Positions 27,444 through 36,570 of a stretch of DNA of 56,067 nucleotides are shown piece after piece (positions within the stretch are counted from its first letter, which is position 1; every line of letters starts with the position of its first letter). Origin of the DNA: Frankiales bacterium (GTDB taxonomy: Bacteria > Actinomycetota > Actinomycetes > Mycobacteriales > SCTD01); assembly GCA_025965935.1 (NCBI GenBank), contig JAOPVZ010000308.1, positions 1-56,067 on the forward strand, in the 5' to 3' direction. Made by a program: the position numbers and the translations under genes. A model generated the notes under the pieces. It did not search any database. It saw only the letters and a list, made by a program, of their open reading frames with translations, and had not been told where the DNA came from.

Positions 27444-29677
27444 CCGCTGACGGCCCCCGGCAGGCACCGGTGGCGAGCTCAGGGGAGGCGGCGGCCTGGG
27501 CCTCGGACGCCGCCCCACCGGCGTACCGGGACACCACCAGCGTGACCTTGCTGGAGGGGTCGTCGTTCTGCCTCTGCTCCGCGAACGGTGACATCGAGGA
27601 CGACCGGGTCGCGGGGATGTTCGTCTGGGACACCCGTTTCCTGTCGCGATGGCTGCTCAACGTCGACGGGGACCCGGTCGAGCCTCTCGCCACCGTCCGG
27701 CACGCCTCTCACTCGGCGACTTTCGTGGGCCGCGCCGCGCCCCCGCCCGGCCATGCCGACAGCAGGCTGCTGGTCATGCGGGTGCGCCAGGTCGCGGCCG
27801 GCATGCGCGAGGAGATCGTGCTGCGCAACCACAGTGACGAGACGGCCTCGGTCGTCGTGACCCTGGAGACCGACAGCGACTTCGCGGACGTGTTCGAGGT
27901 GAAGGAACGGAGAGTCGTGAACCGCGCGCGGGGGCAGCTCGGGGTGACGGGCGCAGACCTCACGCACGTCCACCCAGGCGCAGCCGACACGCGCAGCACC
28001 ACCGTCCGCACCTCGGGAGCGCACCAGCTCTCGGGTGGCCGGGCGACCTTTCGCGCTGTCGTACCGGCCCGCGGCGACTGGCGCACCACCTTGACGGTCG
28101 TCGTGGCCGTCGACGGCCACCCCGCCGGGCGGGTCGGCACCCGGGTCGCTGATCCCGGGCCGCAGGAGCACGTGCCTGGTCGGCGCGCAACGGACCGCCA
28201 GGCCGCCTGGCGGCGTTCGCTGCCGGTCCTCATGACGGGTCATGAGCCGCTGACCCACACGCTGCGCTGCACGACCGACGACCTGGGCGCGCTGCAGATC
28301 CCGGATCCTGACGAACCGGCCCGGCGGGTGGTGGCGGCTGGGGCGCCGTGGTTCATGGCGCTGTTCGGCCGTGACGCGCTGCTCACCAGCTGGATGGCGC
28401 TCCCGCTGGATCAGCAGCTCGCTCTCGGGACGCTGCAGACGCTGGCCCGCTTCCAGGGGCGGCGCACTGACCCGGTCACCGAGGAGCAGCCGGGCCGGAT
28501 CCTGCACGAGGTCCGTCTCGGTGCCACGGCGGCGCTCGCTCTCGGAGGTGGTCAGGCGTACTACGGCACCGCGGACGCGACCCCGCTGTTCGTCGCGCTC
28601 GTCGGCGAGCTGCACAAGTGGGGACTGCCTCGTCGCGACCTCGAGCCGCTGCTGCCGGCCGTGGACCAGGCCCTCGCATGGATCGCGGGTGACGGCGACC
28701 CTGACGGCGACGGCTTCGTGGAGTACCAGCGGATGACGGCAAGCGGACTGCTCAACCAGGGCTGGAAGGACTCCTTCGACGGTGTGAACCACGCGTCGGG
28801 GCGGCTGGCCCAGGCACCGATCGCCCTGGCAGAGGTGCAGGCCTACGTGTACGCCGCACTCGTGTCCCGGGCCCGGCTCGCAGAGGACTGGGGCGACCCG
28901 GGCATCGCCCTGGCCTGCCACGAGAAGGCGGCAGACCTCAAGCGCAAGTTCAACGACCGGTTCTGGCTTCCTTTCCGCGGCTGGTTCGCTGTGGGACTCG
29001 ACCGGGACAAGGAGCCCATCGACGCGCTGACCTCCAACGTCGGCCACTGCCTCTGGACCGGCATCGTCGACGACGACAAGGCGGCGGTGCTCGCTGATCG
29101 TCTCGCCGGTCCATCGATGCTGACCGGGTTCGGAGTCCGGACGCTGGACGAGGGCATGGGTGCCTACAACCCCATGAGCTACCACAACGGCTCGGTGTGG
29201 CCGCACGACAGCGCCATCGTCGCCGCCGGGCTGCTGCGCTACGGCTTCACGGACGCCGGCAAGCAGGTCGCCTTCGGCCTGCTCGACGCGGCGGCGCGGT
29301 CAGGGGGTCGGCTGCCTGAGCTGTTCTGCGGCTACTCCCGCGAGGAGTTCGCCGATCCCGTCCCGTATCCCACCTCGTGCTCGCCGCAGGCCTGGGCGGC
29401 GGCGTCACCACTGCTCCTGATGCGCGCCCTGCTGGGCTTCGAGCCCGACCTGCCTGCCGGTCGGCTGCGGATGCGACCGACCCTGCCCGAGTCCTGGTTG
29501 CCGTTGCGCATCGAGAACCTGCCGCTTGGCACGGCCCGCGTGACGGTGGAGGTGCGGGCCGACGGCTGCGCGGTTGACGGCCTGCCTCCCGACGTACACC
29601 TCGACGCGCCTGAGGTCGTCACGGGGGACGGAGCCTCACATCCGCCCGGCGGTCAGCCGCGCACTGTCGAGCGCTGA
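27440..29677 (+). CDS. Amylo-alpha-1,6-glucosidase / glycogen-debranching-type protein
   Basis: The ATG at 27440 overlaps the GT4 stop (ATGA). It has an N-terminal GDE_N-like region (LLEGSSFCLCSANGDI) and a large (alpha/alpha)6-type C-terminal domain. Confidence 0.75.
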   Translation: MTADGPRQAPVASSGEAAAWASDAAPPAYRDTTSVTLLEGSSFCLCSANGDIEDDRVAGMFVWDTRFLSRWLLNVDGDPVEPLATVRHASHSATFVGRAAPPPGHADSRLLVMRVRQVAAGMREEIVLRNHSDETASVVVTLETDSDFADVFEVKERRVVNRARGQLGVTGADLTHVHPGAADTRSTTVRTSGAHQLSGGRATFRAVVPARGDWRTTLTVVVAVDGHPAGRVGTRVADPGPQEHVPGRRATDRQAAWRRSLPVLMTGHEPLTHTLRCTTDDLGALQIPDPDEPARRVVAAGAPWFMALFGRDALLTSWMALPLDQQLALGTLQTLARFQGRRTDPVTEEQPGRILHEVRLGATAALALGGGQAYYGTADATPLFVALVGELHKWGLPRRDLEPLLPAVDQALAWIAGDGDPDGDGFVEYQRMTASGLLNQGWKDSFDGVNHASGRLAQAPIALAEVQAYVYAALVSRARLAEDWGDPGIALACHEKAADLKRKFNDRFWLPFRGWFAVGLDRDKEPIDALTSNVGHCLWTGIVDDDKAAVLADRLAGPSMLTGFGVRTLDEGMGAYNPMSYHNGSVWPHDSAIVAAGLLRYGFTDAGKQVAFGLLDAAARSGGRLPELFCGYSREEFADPVPYPTSCSPQAWAAASPLLLMRALLGFEPDLPAGRLRMRPTLPESWLPLRIENLPLGTARVTVEVRADGCAVDGLPPDVHLDAPEVVTGDGASHPPGGQPRTVER

Positions 29678-30850
29678 TCCTCGTACGAAGAAGACGACCG
29701 CGAGCAGCGCCGCCACCGAGCCCGACAGCAGCAGCGGCAGGACCCCGTCGCCGCCCCAGGCCAGTCCGGCCCAGAGCCCGGCCACGAGGACGGCCCCGCC
29801 CGAGAGCGCCTGGTAGAGCCCCTGCGCCCCGGCCTGCCGGTTGTCCGGGGCGAGACTGCTCACCCACGCCTTGCCGACCCCGTCGGTGCACGCGGCGAAC
29901 CCGCCATACACAGGCAGCAGGACGAAGACCAGCCAGGGTGACCGGCTCAGCCCGAGGCCGAGGTAGCCGACGGCGAACAGCAGGAGCCCGGCGGCGAAGA
30001 CCCGGTGTCGCGGGAGCCGGTCCGACAGCGCCCCGGCCGGGTAGGCGGCGCCGGCGTACACGGCGTTGTACGCGATGTAGGCACCGATGACGCCGGCGGT
30101 CGACAAGCCGAGGTCGTGGGCCCGAAGCAGGAGCAGCGCGTCCGGGAAGTTGACGAGCCCAAACAGGGTGAGCACGCCGATCAGCCGGCGGAGCTCGGGG
30201 CTGAGCTGCAAGGGAGCCGCGACCTGGGGCGACGGCCGGACGCTTGTCCGGTCGATCGGCGCTTCCCGCACCGCGGCGACGAGGAGCACCGACAGCACCG
30301 CGGGGATGACGGCGATGACGAGCAGCGGCCGCAGCCGGTGGTCGAGCAGCTCGTACAGCCCGAGCCCGATCGCAGGTCCGACGACCGCACCGGCCGTGTC
30401 GGCGGCACGGTGGAACCCGAAGACCCGGCCCCGCTCGGCCCGCGGCACGTCCACCATCAGAAGCGCGTCACGCGGAGCGCCGCGGATGCCCTTGCCGATC
30501 CGATCGATGCCGCGACCACCGAGGACGACCGGCCAGGAGCCGGCGACGGCGATGAGCACCTTGCCCACTGCAGCAAGGCCGTACCCGAGGGCGATGAACG
30601 GGCGCTTCGCGCGGCCGTCGGCGAGCCGGCCGAGCAGCAGCTTCGACAGCGCGCTGATGCCTTCGGCGACGCCCTCGACGACGCCGACGACTGCAGCCGG
30701 TGCGCCGAGAGTGACGGTGAGGAAGATCGGGAGCACCGGGTAGAGCAGCTCGCTGGCAGCGTCCTGCAGGAAGCTCACACCCGACAGGACGCGGAGGTTG
30801 GGCGTCAGCCAGCCGCGTCCCTCGTCCGCGGCCGGGGCGGAGGCGCTCAT
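29636..30850 (-). CDS. MFS transporter
   Basis: 404 aa with about 12 hydrophobic segments and MFS-like loop motifs (GRLADGRAKRP). Its 3' end overlaps the previous gene by 42 nt, convergently. Confidence 0.75.
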   Translation of the reverse strand: MSASAPAADEGRGWLTPNLRVLSGVSFLQDAASELLYPVLPIFLTVTLGAPAAVVGVVEGVAEGISALSKLLLGRLADGRAKRPFIALGYGLAAVGKVLIAVAGSWPVVLGGRGIDRIGKGIRGAPRDALLMVDVPRAERGRVFGFHRAADTAGAVVGPAIGLGLYELLDHRLRPLLVIAVIPAVLSVLLVAAVREAPIDRTSVRPSPQVAAPLQLSPELRRLIGVLTLFGLVNFPDALLLLRAHDLGLSTAGVIGAYIAYNAVYAGAAYPAGALSDRLPRHRVFAAGLLLFAVGYLGLGLSRSPWLVFVLLPVYGGFAACTDGVGKAWVSSLAPDNRQAGAQGLYQALSGGAVLVAGLWAGLAWGGDGVLPLLLSGSVAALLAVVFFVRGSALDSARLTAGRM

Positions 30851-30860
30851 CGCCGACCGG

Positions 30861-32990
30861 CTAGGTGGGCTGGGTCAGGGCGTCGGTCAGCAGGCTGACA
30901 AGGGCTTCGAGCTGCACGTCGACCGACGACGACACCTCGACGTCCGAGCCGTCCAGCGCCCGGGCCGCGAGCCCGGCTTTCTCATCGATCAGCTCGGCGA
31001 TGCGCGCGTCGATGGTCTGGGCGGCGATGATGCGCCACGCAGTGACAGGCTGGTCCTGACCGATCCGGTGGACGCGGTCGATGGCCTGGGTCTGCTCGGC
31101 GGCGGTCCAGGACAGCTCGGACAGGACCACGTTCGAGGCGACCTGCAGGTTGAGGCCGACGCCGGCCGCCGTCAGGGAGCAGACGACGACCTCGACCTCG
31201 GCGTCGTTCACGAACGCGTCGATGCTCAGCTGTCGGGCCTTGGGCGTCTGGTCGCCGCGAATCGAGGAGTAGCGGATGCCTGCCTGCTCGAAGGTCTTCT
31301 CCGCAGTGTCCATGACGTCGATGTGCTTGGCGAAGAACACCACCTTGCCGACGCTGCGGGCCAGTTGCGCGGCGTAGTCGGCGGCCAGGCCGGCCTTCGC
31401 CTGGCCGATGCGCCGCATCATGCTGAACACGTTCTCGCCGCTGTCCGCCTCGTCCGCGTCCCGCAGCTCCCAGGCCGCGACCTGACGCACGAGGGCGTGG
31501 TCGATGCCCACGACGACCTCGCCCGCGGCGCGGGCGGCGAGCGCGCTCTCATAGCGCTTGACCAGCCGGCGAGCGAGGGCGCGCTCGGCGGCCAGGATGG
31601 AGCGGCCCAAGGCCCCTTCCAGCTCCACGGGGAGGTCGGCGATGCGCCGGGCGGGGATGTCGGCGGCGACGTCCACCTTGCGCCGCCGGACGATGCCGAG
31701 ATCGATGACGGCCGTCCGCGCGGCCGGGTAGAAGTCGGGATCCACCGGCGTCATGCCGTTGTCCTCCAGTGCCTCCATCAGGACGTGGCCCGGCTCCTTG
31801 TCGCCGATCCAGCCGAGGAACTCCCAGATCGCCAGGAAGTCCTCGATGTCGTTGATGAGCGGCGTGCCGGTCAGCGCCATCAGCAGTGGGCGCACGGTCC
31901 GCGCCTGAATGCGCTTGGACAGCGCCAGGACGTTGCGGGATCGCTGGGAGGTCTTGTTCTTGATGAAGTGGGCCTCATCGACCACCATGCCGCGGAACCC
32001 GAGGTTGCCCAGCCAGCCGACGTGCCGGTCCAGCACCTCGTAGTTGACGACCACGATGTCGGAGAAGGCGTCGATCGTGTGGCCGTCACCGTGGATGACG
32101 GTGGCGGCGTGCTTCGGCGTCCACAGCCCCGCCTCCCGTGCCCAGTTGGTCTTGACGACGTTCGGCACGACGACCAGCAGCGGGTAGGCATCCGCGGCCT
32201 GGGCTGCCAGGAGAGCCTGGGCGGTCTTGCCGAGGCCGGGTTCGTCGGCGAGGAGGAACGTCCGGTGGCCCGCGGCCGCGGCCGCGATCACCTGCGCCTG
32301 GTGGGGCATGAGCAGCCGGCCGCCGGCGGCCTGCAGAGAGGCCGGCGGCGGCAGCTTCATGCACGACGACGCCCCGCCTGACGCCGTCTCGAAGGCCCTG
32401 AGCAGCGGGCCGAGCAGCTCCCAGGTAGACAGCAGCCGCGGACGCGCAGCGGCCGGCGCGCGCACAGAGAAGTCAGGTTCGAGGAACGGGTTCGCGAGCT
32501 GCCGCGAGACCACGGACTGGGGTACGACCTGGCGCTCCGTCCGGGGGGAGGGCGCGGCAACCTCGGGGGCGACCGGCTCGGGCGTCGGCTCGAGCCCGGC
32601 GGCGAGCTGCATCTCCCGCATGAGAGACCTGGCCCCGTCGAGGAGCTCGGCGTCCTCGGCGAGAAGGGCAAGCAGCGAGCTCTCCCGCGCAGCCGTCCTG
32701 GCCAGGATGGTGGCGATGCCGTCGATCCGCTTCAGCTGCTCGTTGCGGCGGCCCTCGCTGCCCTCCGCGCTCTTGATCCGGTTGCGCTCCTCGCGCACCA
32801 GCAGCGCGACGACCTGGAAGGTGACCCGGGTCGAGGGCCGTACCCGGCTGCGCTGGACCGCCAGCTCGACGTCGCGCACGGCCCGGGCGAGGACGGGGAT
32901 GATTCCCTCCTCGTCGCGTCCGCGGGGTCGCCCCTGCTGCTTGGGGGCGGACCGGGGAGCGCCGGACTGACGCCCGCCTCGTGTGGCCAC
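30861..32990 (-). CDS. SNF2-family helicase (HelZ-like)
   Basis: SNF2 motifs LLADEPGLGKT and VVDEAHFIKN plus helicase C motifs. I chose the GTG at 32990, which is preceded by AGGGAAGAGAGG. Confidence 0.8.
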   Translation of the reverse strand: MATRGGRQSGAPRSAPKQQGRPRGRDEEGIIPVLARAVRDVELAVQRSRVRPSTRVTFQVVALLVREERNRIKSAEGSEGRRNEQLKRIDGIATILARTAARESSLLALLAEDAELLDGARSLMREMQLAAGLEPTPEPVAPEVAAPSPRTERQVVPQSVVSRQLANPFLEPDFSVRAPAAARPRLLSTWELLGPLLRAFETASGGASSCMKLPPPASLQAAGGRLLMPHQAQVIAAAAAGHRTFLLADEPGLGKTAQALLAAQAADAYPLLVVVPNVVKTNWAREAGLWTPKHAATVIHGDGHTIDAFSDIVVVNYEVLDRHVGWLGNLGFRGMVVDEAHFIKNKTSQRSRNVLALSKRIQARTVRPLLMALTGTPLINDIEDFLAIWEFLGWIGDKEPGHVLMEALEDNGMTPVDPDFYPAARTAVIDLGIVRRRKVDVAADIPARRIADLPVELEGALGRSILAAERALARRLVKRYESALAARAAGEVVVGIDHALVRQVAAWELRDADEADSGENVFSMMRRIGQAKAGLAADYAAQLARSVGKVVFFAKHIDVMDTAEKTFEQAGIRYSSIRGDQTPKARQLSIDAFVNDAEVEVVVCSLTAAGVGLNLQVASNVVLSELSWTAAEQTQAIDRVHRIGQDQPVTAWRIIAAQTIDARIAELIDEKAGLAARALDGSDVEVSSSVDVQLEALVSLLTDALTQPT

Positions 32991-33270
32991 GTGCCTCTCT
33001 TCCCTGACGTCCACGGCCCGAGGGCCTGGAGTTGCTCGCACGACACGAGCAAGGCCGCGACGGCTCGTGCTGCCGGAGGCCTCGTCCGTGCGACACGGAC
33101 TGGACCAGCCAGTGCGAGGTCCTCGACGGGATCGACGACGCTGCCCTATAGCTGCCCAGCACGTGGCACCGGCTGGACGGTCGTCGGCCACGTCGGCAAG
33201 CGCGAAGGCGGGACGTCGCTCGGCAGATGGCAGTCCAGCGGTGGTGCTCGCCCATCCTAGCGCCGTGAGG

Positions 33271-35052
33271 TCACCCGGCGTCGAGCGCGTCGTCCGCAAC
33301 GGTCAGTGTCGTCACCGGCGTCGGGCGCCGGTGGGCGGTCTGGCCGGAGACGGACAGCGCCCCCGGCAGCTGCTTCAAGGGTACGGCGGGGGAGTACAGG
33401 AATCCCTGGGCCTCATGGCAATGCATGGCTCTCAGCAGCGCCGCTTGTTGCTGTGTCTCGACGCCCTCAGCGACCGCTGTCGCCCCTACGGCACGTGCGA
33501 GTCCGACGACGCTGCTGCAGATCGCCTCGTCGTCGCGGGTGAGGCCCAGCCCGGCGACGAAGGCGCGATCGATCTTCAGGACGCTGATGGGATAGCGGCG
33601 CAGGTAGAGAAGGGAGCTGTACCCGGTGCCGAAGTCGTCGATGCAGAGTCGGACTCCGAGCGCGGACAGCTCCTCCAGCACGAGTGCGGCTGTCTCCTCG
33701 TCAGCGATCAGGGAGGACTCGGTGATCTCCATGACGAGGCGATGGGGATCGAGGCGGCTGCTGCTGAGCGCTGAGCGCACGTGCTCGACCAGGTCTGGTC
33801 CGGTGAGCTGCCACGCCGAGACGTTGACCGCGACATCCAGGCCCGCGGCGGCCCCGGTGAAGGCGGCCGCGTCGGCGCAGGCCTGCTGGAGCACCCATCG
33901 ACCCAGCGGGCGGATCAGGCCGCCCCGCTCCGCGGCGGCGATGAACTCTGTCGGGGCGACCAGACCTTGCTGGGGGTGCTGCCAGCGCGCCAGGGCCTCG
34001 ACGGCGACCGGACGGTTCCGAGTCAGGTCGACGACGGGCTGGTAGTGCAGGACGAGGTCGCCCTGCAGCATGGCGACCCGCAGGTCCGCCTCCACACCGA
34101 TGTGCTCGCGGGGCACCTGCGCCAGCGAGCTGCTGAACATGCGGACCTGTGCTCGGCCCTTCCGCTTGGCGTCGTACATCGCGGCGTCCGCGGCGATGAT
34201 CAGGTCTTCGGGGGTCTGGTTGGGCTGCCCGACGACGACCCCCGTGCTGGCGGAAAGGGTCACCTCTTGGCCACTCACGTCGAAGGGCGCCGCGAAGGCG
34301 TCCATCAGCCTGCCTGCGAGCAGGTCGGCCTCCTCGCGGTTCCCCAGGTCGCGCCACACGACGAGGAACTCGTCCCCTGCGTAGCGGGCGAGGGTGTCAC
34401 CCGCGCGCACGGCCCAGGCCAGTCGTCTGGCCACCTTGACGAGTAACGCGTCCCCGGCTGAGTGACCGAGGCTGTCGTTGACCCGTTTGAAGTGGTCGAG
34501 GTCGACGAATCCGACGCCGACCAAGGCCCCCCGCCGGTCACTGTCGACCAGGGCCTGGGCGAGCCGGTCGTCCAGGAGAGTCCTGTTGGGAAGGCCGGTG
34601 AGCGCATCGTGCAGTGCTTCGTGCGCCAGAGCCTGCTGCACCTCGTGCAACGCGGTCACGTCGACGTGGTTGAAGACGGCGCCATGCTCCCCCAGCAGGT
34701 GCACGGGCCTGATGCGCACGCTGAACCAGCGACGTTCCCTGGGGCTGTGGCACGGGTACTCGTGCTCGAACCTGTCCAGGTCGTGGCTGAGGACGCCGCG
34801 CAGCCCGGCGGCGACCGTGGCTGCGTCCCTGGCGTCCGCGGAGCTCGCGACCTCGTCGCCTGGAGGGACGAGGCGGTCGCAGACCTGCAGGTAGTTGCTG
34901 CCGTCGCAGACCTCATCGGGGTTGGCGTCGTTCTCGGAGGCGAAGCTCCGCCAGGCGTCGTTGACCGCGAGGATCTCGCCGTTCCGGTCGACCGCGCAGG
35001 TTGAGGCCTCGATGGCATTCAGCATCGCCTGCGCAAGCTGCGCAGGCCTCAT
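33271..35052 (-). CDS. PAS-GGDEF-EAL c-di-GMP turnover protein
   Basis: PAS region (AVDRNGEILAVNDAW), I-site RAGD followed by AGDEF, and EAL motifs (EALARW, DDFGTGYSS, KIDRAFV). The ATG at 35052 overlaps the upstream stop. Confidence 0.85.
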   Translation of the reverse strand: MRPAQLAQAMLNAIEASTCAVDRNGEILAVNDAWRSFASENDANPDEVCDGSNYLQVCDRLVPPGDEVASSADARDAATVAAGLRGVLSHDLDRFEHEYPCHSPRERRWFSVRIRPVHLLGEHGAVFNHVDVTALHEVQQALAHEALHDALTGLPNRTLLDDRLAQALVDSDRRGALVGVGFVDLDHFKRVNDSLGHSAGDALLVKVARRLAWAVRAGDTLARYAGDEFLVVWRDLGNREEADLLAGRLMDAFAAPFDVSGQEVTLSASTGVVVGQPNQTPEDLIIAADAAMYDAKRKGRAQVRMFSSSLAQVPREHIGVEADLRVAMLQGDLVLHYQPVVDLTRNRPVAVEALARWQHPQQGLVAPTEFIAAAERGGLIRPLGRWVLQQACADAAAFTGAAAGLDVAVNVSAWQLTGPDLVEHVRSALSSSRLDPHRLVMEITESSLIADEETAALVLEELSALGVRLCIDDFGTGYSSLLYLRRYPISVLKIDRAFVAGLGLTRDDEAICSSVVGLARAVGATAVAEGVETQQQAALLRAMHCHEAQGFLYSPAVPLKQLPGALSVSGQTAHRRPTPVTTLTVADDALDAG

Positions 35053-35330
35053 GTCGGCGGTGCGTCGTCGTCGTCGTAGGGGACCGGGTGGTTGCGGCCG
35101 AGCTCGGAGAAGCGCTCGTTCAAGGCGTGTACGACGTGCTCCGCGTCGTCGGCCCCCGCGGTGAGTGCTCCGAGGCACATGGCCTCCAGCTCCAGAGCCG
35201 GCATCATGCCGCCGAGCGCGAAGTAGCGGAGCCACAGCTCGTCCTGCGACAGCCCCGCATCTCGTCTGGCCAGGTCGAGGGAGTCCACTCTCCGGTCAGG
35301 CACCGTGTGCTCCGACGCCGCTCTGGTCAT
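35049..35330 (-). CDS. Small hypothetical protein coupled to the GGDEF-EAL gene
   Basis: About 93 aa (or 79 aa if it starts at the GTG at 35288). It contains LSQDELWLRYFALGGMMPALELEAMCLG. ATGA overlap with the downstream gene. Confidence 0.45.
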   Translation of the reverse strand: MTRAASEHTVPDRRVDSLDLARRDAGLSQDELWLRYFALGGMMPALELEAMCLGALTAGADDAEHVVHALNERFSELGRNHPVPYDDDDAPPT

Positions 35331-36420
35331 CGCCAAACGGACCCCCGTGGGAGCGCTCGACGAGGCGTTCGCAGAGGTCCCGCAGTGGCTGGGAGGTCCG
35401 ACGGCTCTCGCGGCGCAGGGCCGCACGGGCTGTCGGCGCGCTCATGGAGTAGCGCTCCATCATGACACCCTGCGCCAGCGCGATGACCTCCCGCGAGAGC
35501 AGTGCCTGTCGTACCTGAGCGTCGAGTCCCTCTGGGGAGGCGGTCGCCTGCGCAGTGGACAGGACGGTGGCCGCCTCTGAGGCGAACTGATCGGCCCAGT
35601 CCGTCTCGGTGGCGGAAAAGGCGCTGACACTCCGGGAGTAGAGGTTCAGAGCACCCAGCGGCCCCACTCTCACGTTCAACGGCGTGGACAGAATGCTGCG
35701 AATGCCTCTGGCGCGCGCGCGAGGGACGAAGACCGGCCACCGAGCCTCGTCGTCGAGCGACGTCGCGAGGTACCGCACCCCGGTGCGTGCGGCGTCCAGG
35801 CACGGACCCTCGCCCGTCTCGTACTGGTCGTGATCCATCTCCAGGACCGTGTCATTGCTGGCCGCGACGGTCTGGAAGGTGCCGTTGGCCGGCAGCGTGA
35901 TGCTCGCGCCGTCGGCTCCGTGGACGACCGCCTGGGTCATGGTGGCGACCAGCTGAAGGGTTGCGGTCAACACGGCCTGGGCGTGTGCGGCCTCCCTCGA
36001 TTTGTGCAACCCGCGCAGCAACGCCTCGCTCGACGGGGGACGCTCGACACGCAGCAGACTGACGAGGTCGCTCAGCTGGAAGAGCCGGAACAGGTTGGCG
36101 TCGGCCCCCCTCACCGAGAGCTGCGTGCCCGTCCGCTGCAAGCGGTTGGCAGCGACGACCAGCAAGCCAAGTCCGTAGGCGTCGCAGAACGTCACGCCCG
36201 TGACGTCGACGACGACCTGGGAAGCCCCGAGACGGGCGACCTCGTCCAGCAGCAGCTGGAACGGCTCGTGGACCGCGACGTCGATCTCTCCTGCCAGCCG
36301 GAGGACTGCGACGTTGGCGTTCGGTGTCGTGCCTGAGCGGCCGCTGGCGGCGGCGGCGTCGGGAAACTCGAGGAATTCGAGGTCCACGAACCCCGACAAC
36401 TGCTCCGGGCCGGTCGTCAT
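35296..36420 (-). CDS. STAS-GAF-ANTAR fusion regulator
   Basis: N-terminal STAS (VVVDVTGVTFCDAYGLGLL), central GAF (YETGEGPCLDA), and C-terminal ANTAR (LLSREVIALAQGVMMERYSMS). Confidence 0.8.
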   Translation of the reverse strand: MTTGPEQLSGFVDLEFLEFPDAAAASGRSGTTPNANVAVLRLAGEIDVAVHEPFQLLLDEVARLGASQVVVDVTGVTFCDAYGLGLLVVAANRLQRTGTQLSVRGADANLFRLFQLSDLVSLLRVERPPSSEALLRGLHKSREAAHAQAVLTATLQLVATMTQAVVHGADGASITLPANGTFQTVAASNDTVLEMDHDQYETGEGPCLDAARTGVRYLATSLDDEARWPVFVPRARARGIRSILSTPLNVRVGPLGALNLYSRSVSAFSATETDWADQFASEAATVLSTAQATASPEGLDAQVRQALLSREVIALAQGVMMERYSMSAPTARAALRRESRRTSQPLRDLCERLVERSHGGPFGDDQSGVGAHGA

Positions 36421-36470
36421 GAGAGCGGCTGTCGGGTCGGGTGGGGGGTCTTGCCGGTTGACGGTCGTAA

Positions 36471-36513
36471 TGAGGACACTTCAGGCCTGACGTTGTTTGC
36501 GGCCTTATCCTCA
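36471..36513. promoter_or_regulatory. Nested inverted repeat in the divergent ANTAR-gene intergenic region
   Basis: TGAGGA (36471-76) pairs with TCCTCA (36508-13), and AGGCC (36483-87) pairs with GGCCT (36501-05). The surrounding stretch is AT-richer. Confidence 0.3.
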
Positions 36514-36570
36514 CAGGTCGAAGACGACGTCATCGTACGCCTCGATGACCCCGACGGAAGTGATTGCTTG

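Noticed and set aside
25569-29206. Long ORFs: 25569-27443 + (624 aa), 25902-27518 - (538 aa) and 27479-29206 - (575 aa).
   Set aside because: The first is an out-of-frame run-in through the GT2 gene that only becomes the real GT4 protein from the ATG at 26430. The two minus-strand ORFs are antisense shadows of the GT4 and debranching-type genes.
30861-32990. The SNF2 helicase as the core of a phage-defence system.
   Set aside because: No adjacent methyltransferase, nuclease, PLD or other defence partner genes are present, and the neighbours are an MFS transporter and a GGDEF-EAL gene. It looks like a housekeeping HelZ-type helicase.
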